Of a DNA stretch of 64,000 nucleotides, positions 25,339-36,937 are shown piece by piece. How positions within the stretch are numbered: position 1 is the stretch's first letter; each line of letters opens with the position of its first letter. Source of the stretch: Anthoceros angustus. Taxonomy: Eukaryota > Plantae > Anthocerotophyta. The translations under genes were made by a program, and so were the position numbers. The notes below the pieces were generated by a model. The model searched no databases and was not told the origin of the DNA. It saw nothing but the letters and a program-made list of their open reading frames with translations. The stretch covers positions 744,001 through 808,000 of the forward strand of contig MU008185.1 of the NCBI GenBank assembly GCA_010909165.1, in the 5' to 3' direction.

Positions 25339-26666
25339 CTAGAATTCTGCAGAGGTCTCGCAGATCAAGGCGTCAAACCGGGCCCTGGCGGTGTCGGAGG
25401 ATACCACCCCGAGAGCTCGTTCAACGAACCCTTTCTTGAGGGCCGCGTCTTTGGTCTCTGTGGCTGCATTGTGTAGCATGAACCCTAGGCAATCTCCAGG
25501 TGCTGTGGTGAAACCCTGAAATCATGTAAGGGTCGATCGGTTCAGATGGTATCCAAACAAACCTTCAAACCATTCTTTACCTTCGACCAGTATTGGCAGC
25601 GAGCTCACCTCACGACCAAGGGGTCTCCGTTCGTGCTCCTTGATTGCACGAGCTAGTTCTTGAGCTCCAGGCACATCTAGATCTCGCTGAATCACGAACT
25701 CTGCAGCTGCCTGCATTGCCGAGCAAGGTTAGGCGCATGCGTAACCTAACATACTCCACCCTACTTGACTGGAAGGTTAGTTGAGCAAACCTTTCGCTGC
25801 CGGGCAGACAGTATCCTTAGAGCATACAATATGTCGACTTTGCCCTCATCGAAGCTGTTGAGAATGTCCTCCGCAGTCTGAGATGAAACCAGAGAATCAT
25901 AAACCTGCATATCACAGGCATGGTTGGTAGGCCCATCCGCGGAGTTCGCTCATCAGAACACAACAGTATCAGACAAGGACCCGCTGGCGTGTTGAATGAG
26001 CTTGCCATTCGCAAGCAACAACTGACATCATGCATGAAGACCAATGATTCTTCGATTGACCACTAACTAAAATGCGCCTCATGCAAAGCTGTGTCTACTC
26101 ATGCTTCCAGAATGTGCACCTGAAGGCTCCAGCAACCGTGAACTCACTTGTGCAGCTACCACCATACAAGTTTGAGCAACCGTTGGAACAAATGTGGAGT
26201 CATACAGCTCCTCGGCGGTGACACCAGATTTTTGAAGCTCTACAATGGCTTGAGCCCTTTCCTGCCATGTCCCCATTCTCTCCCTCACCTGCTCTACCAG
26301 TGACCCTCTCCTCCTCTGCGTCTCCTCCTCCTCAGCTACGCTGACGGGAGGTGGAGGACTGGAGCCTGGCAGGTAAGGTGGCCGAAACTGGCCCAACCCT
26401 GGCGGCGAGATGGCTTGCTTCCCAGGCAATGATCTCCCCGGCAGCCGAACGGGATTTGGGATGGAGCTGCCATTCTCGTTCACCAAAAGGCTCTTCTCAT
26501 CAGACTTGGTCGGGATTGGTGGCCTCCACTGATCAAAACCTTCATTTCCTTTCCGCACGCATTGCACCCTGCCACTCTGCCACGTGCCCGATCTGCTCAC
26601 GGAAGCCTCATCCGTTCCCAGGCGAGCCCATTGCACTCCACAGGCTGCACAAACCAGCCCGCTCAT
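25339..26666 (-). CDS. RAF1: Rubisco accumulation factor 1-like protein with putative transit peptide and alpha domain only; 4 exons (26666-26148, 25904-~25791, ~25710-25609, ~25515-25339)
   Basis: Spliced translation FRPP...GTWQERAQAIVELQKSG...MVVAAQ|VYDSL...FDEGKVDILYALRILSARQRK|AAAEFVIQRDLDVPGAQELARAIKE...|GFTTAPGDCLGF...ALGVVSSDTARARF matches the Raf1 HTH and helical alpha-domain motifs. TAG stop at 25341-25339. Confidence 0.88.
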
Positions 26667-27014
26667 CCTCAGTAGGGCCTACTGCTGCTGATGCTGCTCC
26701 TGCGGCCTCTGCGAACCCTGCGTGTTCTAGTGGGTCGGTCCTGGCAATCCGAATCCTCCCAACCTGTTCCGGCATATCTACAAAGCAAGGAGGTGGCATA
26801 TCCTTGCAGTGGACGTGGAGCGACAAATAGAAGAGATTTTCCCGGAAAATCAAAAAGTTTGCGACTCGCATGCCAACAACATTTTAGGGTTAAGGGGCTG
26901 ATTGGCAAATGCGCGGGAAGGTCGTGAAAAGAGAACGCAGTTGTGGGAGGCACTGCGATTGGTGCATGCGCTTAGTGAGGCTCGCACTTCCGCAAGGTCA
27001 GACGATCTGTGAAA

Positions 27015-29598
27015 ATGCCGGGGGCGCCGGTGGCAGTAGTTCCGACGACCGGATCGCGGGTTGCCAAGAACGAGAAGTACGTCGATAACAAGCGTAAGGA
27101 TGACATCAGGCAGGCCAACATCACAGCTGCCAAGGCTGTGGCAGATGCCGTGAGGACGAGTCTTGGCCCCCGTGGGATGGACAAGATGCTGGCCACAGCC
27201 AATGGGGAGGTTATCATTACGAACGACGGGGCCACCATTTTGAATAAGGTCTGGTGCGTTTTACTCTGTTAGTGTCTTGGAGCAGCGTTTGGCATTGGTG
27301 GGTGGGTGTGCAGCTGACCCTTGCAAGTATACGCAGATGAACGTGTTGCAACCGGCGGCAAAGTTTCTGGTAGAATTGTCCAAGTCGCAAGATATTGTTG
27401 CTGGGGATGGCACAACCACTGGTACCCGTCGGATCTTGCTAATCCACAGCCCGTCTGTTGTTCATTGGAGAATTGGTGAAATTAGGTTAGGGGTTGTGTG
27501 CTTGTTGGCCTATTTTGCGACCCTTTCGTTGTATCGCTTCCTTCTCAAGTCAAGCTGCTGAGCCCGTGAATTGTGTGCAGTGGTAGTGATAGCTGGGGCG
27601 TTGCTGAAGCAGTGTTTGACTCTTCTAGGGAAGGGAGTACATCCTACCATTATTTCAGAAGCCTTTCACAAGGCATCTGAGAAAGCTGTTGAGGTATTGC
27701 TTCTTCCATGGCGCATTAGTCCATTGCAGATTCCGTCAAACTCTTTCAGACCTCACTCATGCTCCTAGTTTTTCTTCAGGTTCTCACAGCAATGGCCAAT
27801 CCAGTGGAGATGTCGGACCGGGAAGCTCTTGTGAAGAGTGCAAGCACCTCTTTAAACAGCAAGGTCCGCATGTGTTGGTTGTTAGTTGAAGCTGACTGCC
27901 GTGTTGTGCTCCTAACCCCTAACTCCAGTGTGGTGTTGTCAGGTTGTCAGTCAGTATTCATCTCTTTTGGCGCCTCTGGCAGTGGATGCAGTCGTGAATA
28001 TCATTGACCCTGTGCACCCAGACAGTGTGGATTTGCGAGATGTGAAAGTGTTGACAAAGCTTGGTGGCACGGTATCATTTTCTCTCTGGTTGTATCCCTG
28101 TGGTTCTTTGTTTTCATGATGGTTCGAAGGTCCCAAACACTTGTTGTGCCTGTAGGTTGACAACACTGAGATTATTAAAGGCCTTATTTTTGATAAGAAG
28201 GCGAGTCATGCAGCTGGAGGGCCCACCCGCATTGAGAATGCAAAAATTGGGCTGATACAGTTTCAAATATCCCCACCTAAGACAGATATTGAGCAGAACA
28301 TCGTTGTTTCTGATTATACGCAGGTCTGATAGTTGCCCTGCATTTCCTGTGTCAGCATGGTATCGCATGGCTTTAAGTGACACACTGTATCCTTGCTCAG
28401 TTTCATCCTCACTAATTGCATTCTTGCAGATGGATAGGATACTCAAGGAGGAGCGCAACCTCATTTTGGGCATGATCAAGAAGATTAAGGCTACAGGATG
28501 TAACGTCCTTTTGATTCAGAAGAGTATCTTGAGAGATGCTGTCACTGACCTGTCTCTGCACTACCTTGCAAAGGCTAAAATTCTGGTAGTGAAGGATGTA
28601 GAGCGGGATGACATTGAGTTCGTAAGTAAAACACTGAACTGCTTGCCGATTTCCAACATTGAGCATTTCCGAGCGGAAAAGCTTGGGCAGGCAGATTTGG
28701 TTGAAGAAGTTACTGTCGGTGCTGGCAGGGTAAGCTCTACAAGATGCTTGCCTTTGTCAGAGATGTGCAATGTGTATTTTTATAGAGCATTTCACTCTGA
28801 TGACTTATCTGTATGTTTCCTCAGATTGTAAAGGTTACAGGGATCAAAAACATGGGAAGGACTACCAGTGTGCTGATCCGGGGTTCCAACCAGCTGGTTA
28901 GTTTGGTTGTCCATAGGATCAAATGCTCTAATTCCCTCCGGGCACAGTCTAATGCATGGAATTGCTTTGTTCTTTTTTGCCACTGTAGGTACTAGACGAA
29001 GCGGAGCGCAGCTTGCATGATGCGCTCTGTGTTGTAAGATGTCTAGTGTTGAAACGATTTCTAATTGCTGGAGGAGGTGCTCCGGAGATAGAAGTGTCTC
29101 GGCAACTGGGTGCTTGGGCAAAGACGTTGCAGGGAATGGAGAGTTATTGTGTGCGGGCGTATGCTGAAGCAATGGAGGTAGGGATTCAACATTGAGCCGA
29201 TTGTTGACTGTCTGTCCGTAGCGTTTCTGCTAACTGGGCTGGTTTAAATGTTTCACAGGTGATCCCCTATACACTAGCAGAAAATGCAGGGCTTAACCCT
29301 ATTAGCATTGTGACAGAGCTTCGCAATCGGCATGCCAATGGCGAGGTGGTGTCCCCGTTTTGTATGCCTATTGCAGTTGCTTCTTATGTTGATTCATACC
29401 AGACAGGTGGGCTGAAAAACCGTGTGTGACGGTGCTTTGCAGGTGAATACTGGAATCAATGTGAGAAAGGGGCAAATTACAAACATCCTCGAAGAGAACG
29501 TGGTTCAACCGCTGCTAGTGAGCACCAGTGCCGTGTCTCTCGCCACGGAGTGTGTGCGGATGATCATGAAGATTGACGATATTGTTAGCGTGAGGTGA
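27015..29598 (+). CDS. CCT4: T-complex protein 1 subunit delta (cytosolic chaperonin), multi-exon
   Basis: [76 protein letters not shown]; ends [10 protein letters not shown] at 29598. Confidence 0.97.
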
Positions 29599-29938
29599 AC
29601 GCGGTGCTCCTGAACGATCATGCTTCCTATAAGCTGGCCACCCTGTGTAGACTCGGTTCAGGTATAGGGCTGTACTCCAAAGCTGCCGTAGGGCGCAGCT
29701 ACCCGATTTTGCCGTCTTTCGAACTGTAGGTACTTGCGTACAAGTCTACTGGAATTTGAGCAGGAAAGTTGTTGATGTAACATAAAACGCATTTTTTGAT
29801 ACCTTCCATACTGACTGGCAGTGTGGTGTACAATCCCAACTACCTGGGGGTTAACTCGGCCGAGTGCTCTAATAAGCTACCTAGTTGTGTACTACATACG
29901 AGAGCGTGCCTGGTTTGGAGGAGAAACGATGGGCCTTA

Positions 29939-30722
29939 CTAACTGGCACATACTTTGCTGTCCAATGTCATCTCGTCCGGTCTCAAGACGATCACGCAGC
30001 GGACTTGCACCTGCAGGCGAAGTCGACGTAGATCAGAACCTGGCGGCAACAGAAGCAATTTGTGGCACCAGAGGAATATGAAAGAAAAACGAGCACCCCT
30101 GTTACCTTCATGCGTGGTGTTACGAGGCCAAGAATGCGAAGTCGAGCTCGGACATCGCCTGTGATCTGCAGAGGGATATGGTCATCCAAAGAATCACCTA
30201 GCAAATCAGCCGCAGCAGCTTGGACAATGTTGAGGCTCTCCACCAGAAACTGGGAGCGGACTGTGGTGTTCCGCCTGGCGGACAGTTGGAAAGAAGGGAT
30301 GACCGCAGCACCTAAGAGAAGATCCTTGTACAGGACGTCGAGCGAAACTGGATCATACCGGATGACAACCTTGTTACGATTGCTCACGGCCAGCACAAAC
30401 GTGCTATTCATGGAGAGCTGTACTTTGAAGCTGCTGTAGCCAGGGAGCACTGGATCCACCTCCACGCTGTGCACTTGCACATCTTGCAGGTTGAATGCCG
30501 GCACTCTGGGCCGAAAGACAAGCCAAAGCACAGTGCCGCTATTCCGACCGCCACCGTTCCGATCACGAACACAACCGCGAGGCCATAACACGCGGATTGA
30601 AGGCAGCTGCGCTCCGCGCCCGTTTTGGAGTCAGCTGGAAAGGCTCCGTCACGCGATCGACTGTAAGGCCTGCTGCGGCGGAGGAAGCCGCGGGCGCCAT
30701 CACCACCCAATCCTTCCCCCAT
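29939..30722 (-). CDS. LEA_2 / NHL (harpin-induced-like) single-pass membrane protein, copy 1; apparent 1-nt frameshift at ~30531
   Basis: TM segment GLAVVFVIGTVAVGIAAL/VLWLVFRPRVPAF, then AVSNRNKVVIRY and VLYKDLLLG. Final exon VQVRCVIVLRPDEMTLDSKVCAS* follows an intron at ~30105-30011. Confidence 0.8.
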
Positions 30723-31700
30723 GTCGCCTGTATCTCCACCTCTGCTGGCATGCGCGGCGTCAAAATGGCCGAGCGGACTGTGGCAAGGGCCCAGCCGCAG
30801 CTGCAGCAGCGTCTCTGCGGACAATGTGCGAACAGGCCGAGCATCATCCTGCGCTCCATGGCCTCCACACATTCAGCGCCGTCGGTACAAACGGTTGTGC
30901 CTTGCGGATGTCATAACACTCATCGCATTGCGCAGTCGCCAGGCGATGCATCTGCCACCAGCTGGCAGTGCACCATCATGAAAGGTTACGCGGTGCTGTT
31001 GATCTCGGTACCGGTTATCATAAATTGGGCGGGGCCTGGGACGCAACGCTTCGATCAACCCGTTCCCCTTCTCAGCCGCCACCTTTAATGCGCTTCAGCT
31101 CCTCAGCTCCTCAGCTCCTCATCGGGTGATTTGTTTCTCACCCCGATCCAAGCATTCTTATCACCTATGTACATATCATACATAGTAGGAAGACACGGCT
31201 GGCGAGGTACAACTTATATTCTGTTGAATATCATGGATATCACGTATATTTTATTGAGGGAAAAACGATCGGAAAACCCATCGAGCAGGGACCACGAAGG
31301 TGGACATGGGGCAAGATGAAAAAAGGGTATAAGATGAAAAGGAGTTATTAAGTTCTTTATCTAACGTTATTTACTACTCCTAGAACATCATGGAAGAAAA
31401 ATGGCTTGAGGAAGAGGAAGAAATGTCACGCCGTCGTGGCCTTGGGAAGGATTGTTGGTGAGAGCCCTTTGAAGGGCAATGGAGACTACTGTCTCGTAAG
31501 TGTATGGAAATAAGAAAGGTGTCTGCATGAAGGATTCATCGAGAGGGACCTTGAGGAGCAATGGAGACTCGGCATCTCAAGTAAGGTATGAAAATAAGAA
31601 AGGCGTCGCCAGAAGGATTTTGTCCCGGCAGGCCCTTTGAAGACAATGGAACTATTTGTCTCAAGTAAATTGTGAAATAAGAAAGGCATCGCCTGTGAAG

Positions 31701-32406
31701 GATTGCTCACGGCCAGCACAAACGTGCTATTCATGGAGAGCTGTACTTTGAAGCTGCTGTAGCCAGGGAGCACTGGATCCACCTCCACGCTGTGCACTTG
31801 CACATCTTGCAGGTTGAATGCCGGCACTCTGGGCCGAAAGACAAGCCAAAGCACGAGCGCCGCTATTCCGACCGCCACCGTTCCGATCACGAACACAACC
31901 GCGAGGCCATAACACGCGGATTGAAGGCAGCTGCGCTCCGCGCCCGTTTTGGAGTCAGCTGGAAAGGCTCCGTCACGCGATCGACTGTAAGGCCTGCTGC
32001 GGCGGAGGAAGCCGCGGGCGCCATCACCACCCAATCCTTCCCCCATGTCGCCTGTATCTCCACCTCTGCTGGCATGCGCGGCGTCAAAATGGCCGAGCGG
32101 ACTGTGGCAAGGGCCCTTGGCCGCGGCTGCAGCAGCGTCTCTTGACAATGTGCGAACAGGCCGAGCATCATCCTGGCGCTCCATGGCCTCACACATTCGG
32201 CGCCGTCGGTACAAACGGTTGTGCCTTGCGGATGTCATAACACTCATCGCATTGCGCAGTCGCCAGGCGATGCATCTGCCACCAGCTGGCAGTGCACCAT
32301 CATGAAAGGTTACGCGGTGCTGTTGATCTCGGTACCGGTTATCATAAATTGGGCGGGGCCTGGGACGCAACGCTTCGATCAACCCGTTCCCCTTCTCAGC
32401 CGCCAC
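31701..32406 (-). pseudogene. LEA_2 / NHL copy 2, 3'-truncated duplicate
   Basis: Near-identical to copy 1 from 30378 onward (period ~1323 bp). In frame through the TM but cut at VLAVSN by the 88-bp repeat. Confidence 0.7.
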
Positions 32407-32764
32407 CTTTAATGCGCTTCAGCTCCTCAGCTCCTCAGCTCCTCATCGGGTGATTTGTTTCTCACCCCGATCCAAGCACACTTATCACCTATGTACATAT
32501 CATACATAGTAGGAAGACACGGCTGGCGAGGTACAACTTATATTCTGGTTGAATATCATGGATATCACGTATATTTTATTGAGGGAAAAAACGATCGGAA
32601 AAACCCATCGAGCAGGGACCACGAAGGTGGACATGGGGGCAAGATGAAAAAGGAGTTATAAGATGAAAAAGGAGTTATTAAGTTCTTTATCTAACGTTAT
32701 TTACTACTCCTAGAACATCGCAGGAAGAAAAAATGGCTTGAGGAAGAGGAAGAAATGTCACCTG

Positions 32765-33120
32765 CCGTCGTGGCCTTGGGAAGGATTGCCGTCGAGAGGG
32801 CCCTTTGAAGGGCAATGGAGACTCGCTGTCTTAAGTAAGCTGTGAAATAAGAAAGGTGTCGCCTTGTGAAGGATTACCGTCAAGAGGGACCTTTGAGGAG
32901 CAATGGAGACTCGCTGTCTCAAGTAAGGTATGAAATAAGAAAGGCGTCGCCTTGTGAAGGATTGCCGTCGACAGGGCCCTTTGAAGGGCAATGGAGACTC
33001 GCTGTCTCAAGTAAATTGTGAAATAAGAAAGGCATCGCCTTGTGAAGGATTGCCGTCAAGAGGGCTTTTTGAAGGGCAATGGAGACTCGCTATCTCAAGT
33101 AAGTTGTGAATTAAGAAAGC
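32765..33120. repeat. 88-bp tandem repeat (~4 units); degenerate copy at ~31430-31700
   Basis: GCCTTGTGAAGGATT recurs at 32861, 32949 and 33037. Confidence 0.9.
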
Positions 33121-33589
33121 GGCAACCCGCGCCATGTCTGCGAGCGTGGTAGGATTTGGCATAGGACATGAAAATTTTATCGAAGTCCACAGCCATTACC
33201 CATACGTTTCGAGTGCGAGCTGAATAAAGGAGTGGCCCGCTGGCATCCCGCTATATTTTCTGACCTTGAGAGCCGCAGCACCAGCAGTAGCCCAACCAGG
33301 ATAGTTAGTGTTAGCATGAGTGGTAAGGTCAGTAACCACCACGTCCGCCACCAAAACCTAGTCACCACGGACAAAGTACAATCGATTGGATTGAGCGACG
33401 TTGAAAACTGCGCACTACTTACCGTAGTTATATAGTTGTGTACGCATTGTCCTAATGGATTATCTTGTTTTTGGGTGTAAGTTATTAGGTAAAGTGAAAT
33501 TAGATTAAAATATATTTATAATCGTCATGGATAGGTGCAACCATCGTCATGGATAGGTGCAATATAAAAAAGACGAATCAAATTTTGCT

Positions 33590-33755
33590 AAATGGGACAA
33601 ATGCAGATATCACAAAGAATGAAAATACAATCGATGTAAAAATTTGGGTTTTCAGAAGAACAATGGAAAAGAATGACAAATGTAGACATCACAAAGAATG
33701 AAAATACAATCTTCATAAAAATTTGGGTTTTCAGAAGAACAATGGAAAAGAACAA
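33590..33755. repeat. ~79 bp direct tandem duplication
   Basis: ATCACAAAGAATGAAAATACAATC...AAAATTTGGGTTTTCAGAAGAACAATGGAAAAGAA occurs twice. Confidence 0.8.
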
Positions 33756-34399
33756 AAGCAAAAATTGGTTGATCAAATAATTTTGAAGCTATGTATTGCC
33801 AAGTTGTTTAAGAAAGTACCTTCGAACTTTTGCTCATGGCTTTTTGTACATGATGGACTAATGGACCCCATATCTTTACGAATAGAATATTGATGAACAA
33901 ACACAATTGTTGAACACCGTCATTGCAAAATCTAGATTAGTCATGCAATTATATCAAAGCTTTTGTGGGTTTGCTCCTACTACAGTAGCCAAAGCAGATG
34001 TTCGGGATCAGGTCGACGCTCACGGAACCCGGTCACCAATTCCTAAGTCTTTTCATCACTTACTAGATGATCCCATAGACAAAGTGGGACACTCATTCTT
34101 CCTTTTGGGGGCGATAGAAAGGAAGACATTCTCGTGAAGTTACTAAGTAATGTATGCATGATATAGTTTATAAAATTTACAGTTGGGGGAGACTTTATTG
34201 AGAAAGAAAAGAGATGGAAAAAATGTCATCTACTGCGAAAAAAAAAGGGGTTAACCCAATAAAGGGCACCAGGCCAAGGGGCACTAACTCACGCGATCGT
34301 TTTTCTCAAAACTAACTACAACCCTAAAAATCTCGTAATCGGGGATAAGAAAGGGCTTACCTACATCCACCACTGAAAAATCCGCCTCCCCTATGCTAG

Positions 34400-36150
34400 C
34401 CGAGCATGGGTGGGCCTGGGAATGGAGGAATCCCGAAGAAGGCCCAGCTTCGCCTACCCATAATGCTTCTCCAGGAGCGATTCTTAAAGCTGCCGCATCC
34501 CAACCTCGAGGAGGGAGGAGAAAAGAGGCATGGCGGCCTTAGCCTCAAAGGATAGAGATCCCCTGGCCGCCCCTAAGGACGCCTGCAGGGGAAATACCCC
34601 CTCCTCAACCCCCGAGACGAACGCCTCTAAAATGCACGAGTCCCGAATTAAGAATCGGGAGACCGGGATGGGGGCAAAGAGAGCCCAGCTCCTTAAAAAA
34701 GCCATTGGCGTAGAGACATCTGAGACAAGTCAACGGGTGCCCCCCAAGAAACATGAAGGGAAGCCTCATCGCTTAGCAGGATCCCATGCGATGTGAATCG
34801 CGCCCAATGATGTCGCCTAAAGCCACAAAATCTGTCGATGCTCTCGCGGCAAGAAAGCCGGGGAAGGAGGAATTGTATGTAGAAGGTACCCCGGCCGACG
34901 CGCAAAGCAGAAAGAGAGGATCTCAAACGCTACCTGCAGTCCCCTAACTGAGACAGATTTTCAATGTGCGTCAAACCCTTCCTCAACGTTGCGTCCACGT
35001 ACTCCTTTATTAAAGCCGAGGGCGCCATCGAGACACCAAGAACCCGAAGCCCTTGCGCAGAAATTATATCCCCCTGCGAATACTGAAGAGGATGCGGAGC
35101 AGCCGAAGGAGACTAAACCTTGCATTTTATGATCTTGACCTTCAAGCCAAGCCGGGAGAGCTCCCAGGAGAAGATTTCAAAGGCCTCCTTCACCTTGTCC
35201 CCAGGCTCTAGGACATAGGAATCATCAGCCATTGATGGGTACATACATTTCCATACCGTGGAGGCCGTTAGGGACAACGCTTTGAAATGCGCCATAGCAA
35301 AGAGCGCCCCCCTCAAAGGGTCACTATGCCTTGTGCCCGTTGTCGAGTCTAGCGTAGAAACCCACTCCACTTTAGGGCCATGTTCATAATAGAGATTGGA
35401 GGGGGACCCATTGAAAGAGCGAACAAAGGGGATAAGACCGACCAACTGCCCACCAACATTCTTGAGCTCGTCGAAGATAGCTGCCTTGGAGACAGTATTG
35501 AAAGTATTCTCAACGTCAATCTGAAGCGCAACCCAATCCGAATGGATCTCCAGAACGGCCTCCACCCCAAAGACTACAAATTCGCATCCCCCGGAGTAGC
35601 AATACCAAATTGGTGAGGACAGAGACGGGCCTAAAATTGCTCCGGGAGCTGGACGACACTATTATGGCTAATAAGCCGCAGGATTGCCTTCGTACTGCGA
35701 TGGGGCGTACCCCTGAGGTGGGCTTCTCTATCGCTAGTAACCTGCTCACATCCAACACTTAAGAGATCCGAGAGTCTCCCCCTCACTACAATGGCCACCA
35801 GAAGAAACAGCTCGGACAAACCGCTAGAAGGATCCTTAGGAGTAAAATGGTCACAAAGATGGCCATAGACCATTCCAGACAAACCACCTGAAGAGGGGCG
35901 CGGGGCAGTGGTTAAGGCTCCGCCGAAGACGGCCTTGTCAAGAGAGAAGAGCACCTCCGGGACGAAGTCCCGATATCTGCAAGTGGAGCCGAGCAGGCGG
36001 CGATGGTCTCCTTAGAAGTCGCCTCGGGCTCCTGTAATACTCCGGAGAGAGCCCAAGAGGTGTACCCGGGGCCAGTGGGACAGTAGTGGAAGTAGACGAA
36101 GACGTAAGTCTTAGTTGAGCCTCTCAAGTCGTCCCATCAAAATCCTTATG
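34400..36150 (-). mobile_element. Decayed non-LTR retrotransposon reverse transcriptase, CRE/SLACS-like
   Basis: RLLAIEKPTSGVRPIAV, QFGIATPG, LQIDVENTFNTVSK, GTRHSDPLRGALF (degenerate QGDPL), PSMADD (degenerate YADD), LGLKVK and RVLGV. Frameshifted. Confidence 0.8.
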
Positions 36151-36937
36151 GACTAGAACAATGGGGTTCCTGACCCCGCGAGGCTTGAATAATTTCTTGC
36201 ACACGGGATATAGAGTGTCCTTCACAGTGGCGGAAGAAGGGGCCCCATGCACTGAAAAAAGAAAAACCTGAAATTTAGAGTAAACCCTAAAATTTAGAGT
36301 ACGCCAGCAGATCTTATATAACTGCTACAAAATTTGAGATGAGTTAAGTCTGGCCGCGAATAAAATCTATAACTCTTGGTACCAGACCTTAGGTGTAAGA
36401 GTCCTATGACTAATCCCATGGAAACCTTCATACTCTAACCTAATTTTTAAGTGATTTCGTGCCAAATAACGCTACACATCCAGGCTGAGGTCCTGAGATT
36501 GATCCAACGGGTATATGGGGGAACCTTCAACTTCGGTCCATACTGTTTTTTTGATGTGAACCTAATTTGTGCTAGGTAGCGTGACACATCTTGACGAGTT
36601 TTTACGAAATATTCTTAGTGCAACCAGAACACTATTCAGAGGACGGGTTATGATCGACGGAAAAAAGGGTACTTTTTTGTTATGGCGTGCAAAGGGCCTT
36701 AGAGGGGTTTGGTAAATTGTCTTCCTTCCCGCGTCCCCCTGGTCACGTCCGGGACTCCACGGAGGTCGGAGAGGCGCCCTGGTCGGGATGCGAGCAAGCA
36801 GATGGCAATGCGAAATTTCAGCGAGATTCCGCTGAAGTGTAGCAGCTTCTGGCAGCTCCGATGATGGAAGATGATTTGAGTCGCAAGCAGTGAGCATCCA
36901 AGATCGGCGTTTGACACGGAGCCCTGGATCTGCCACC

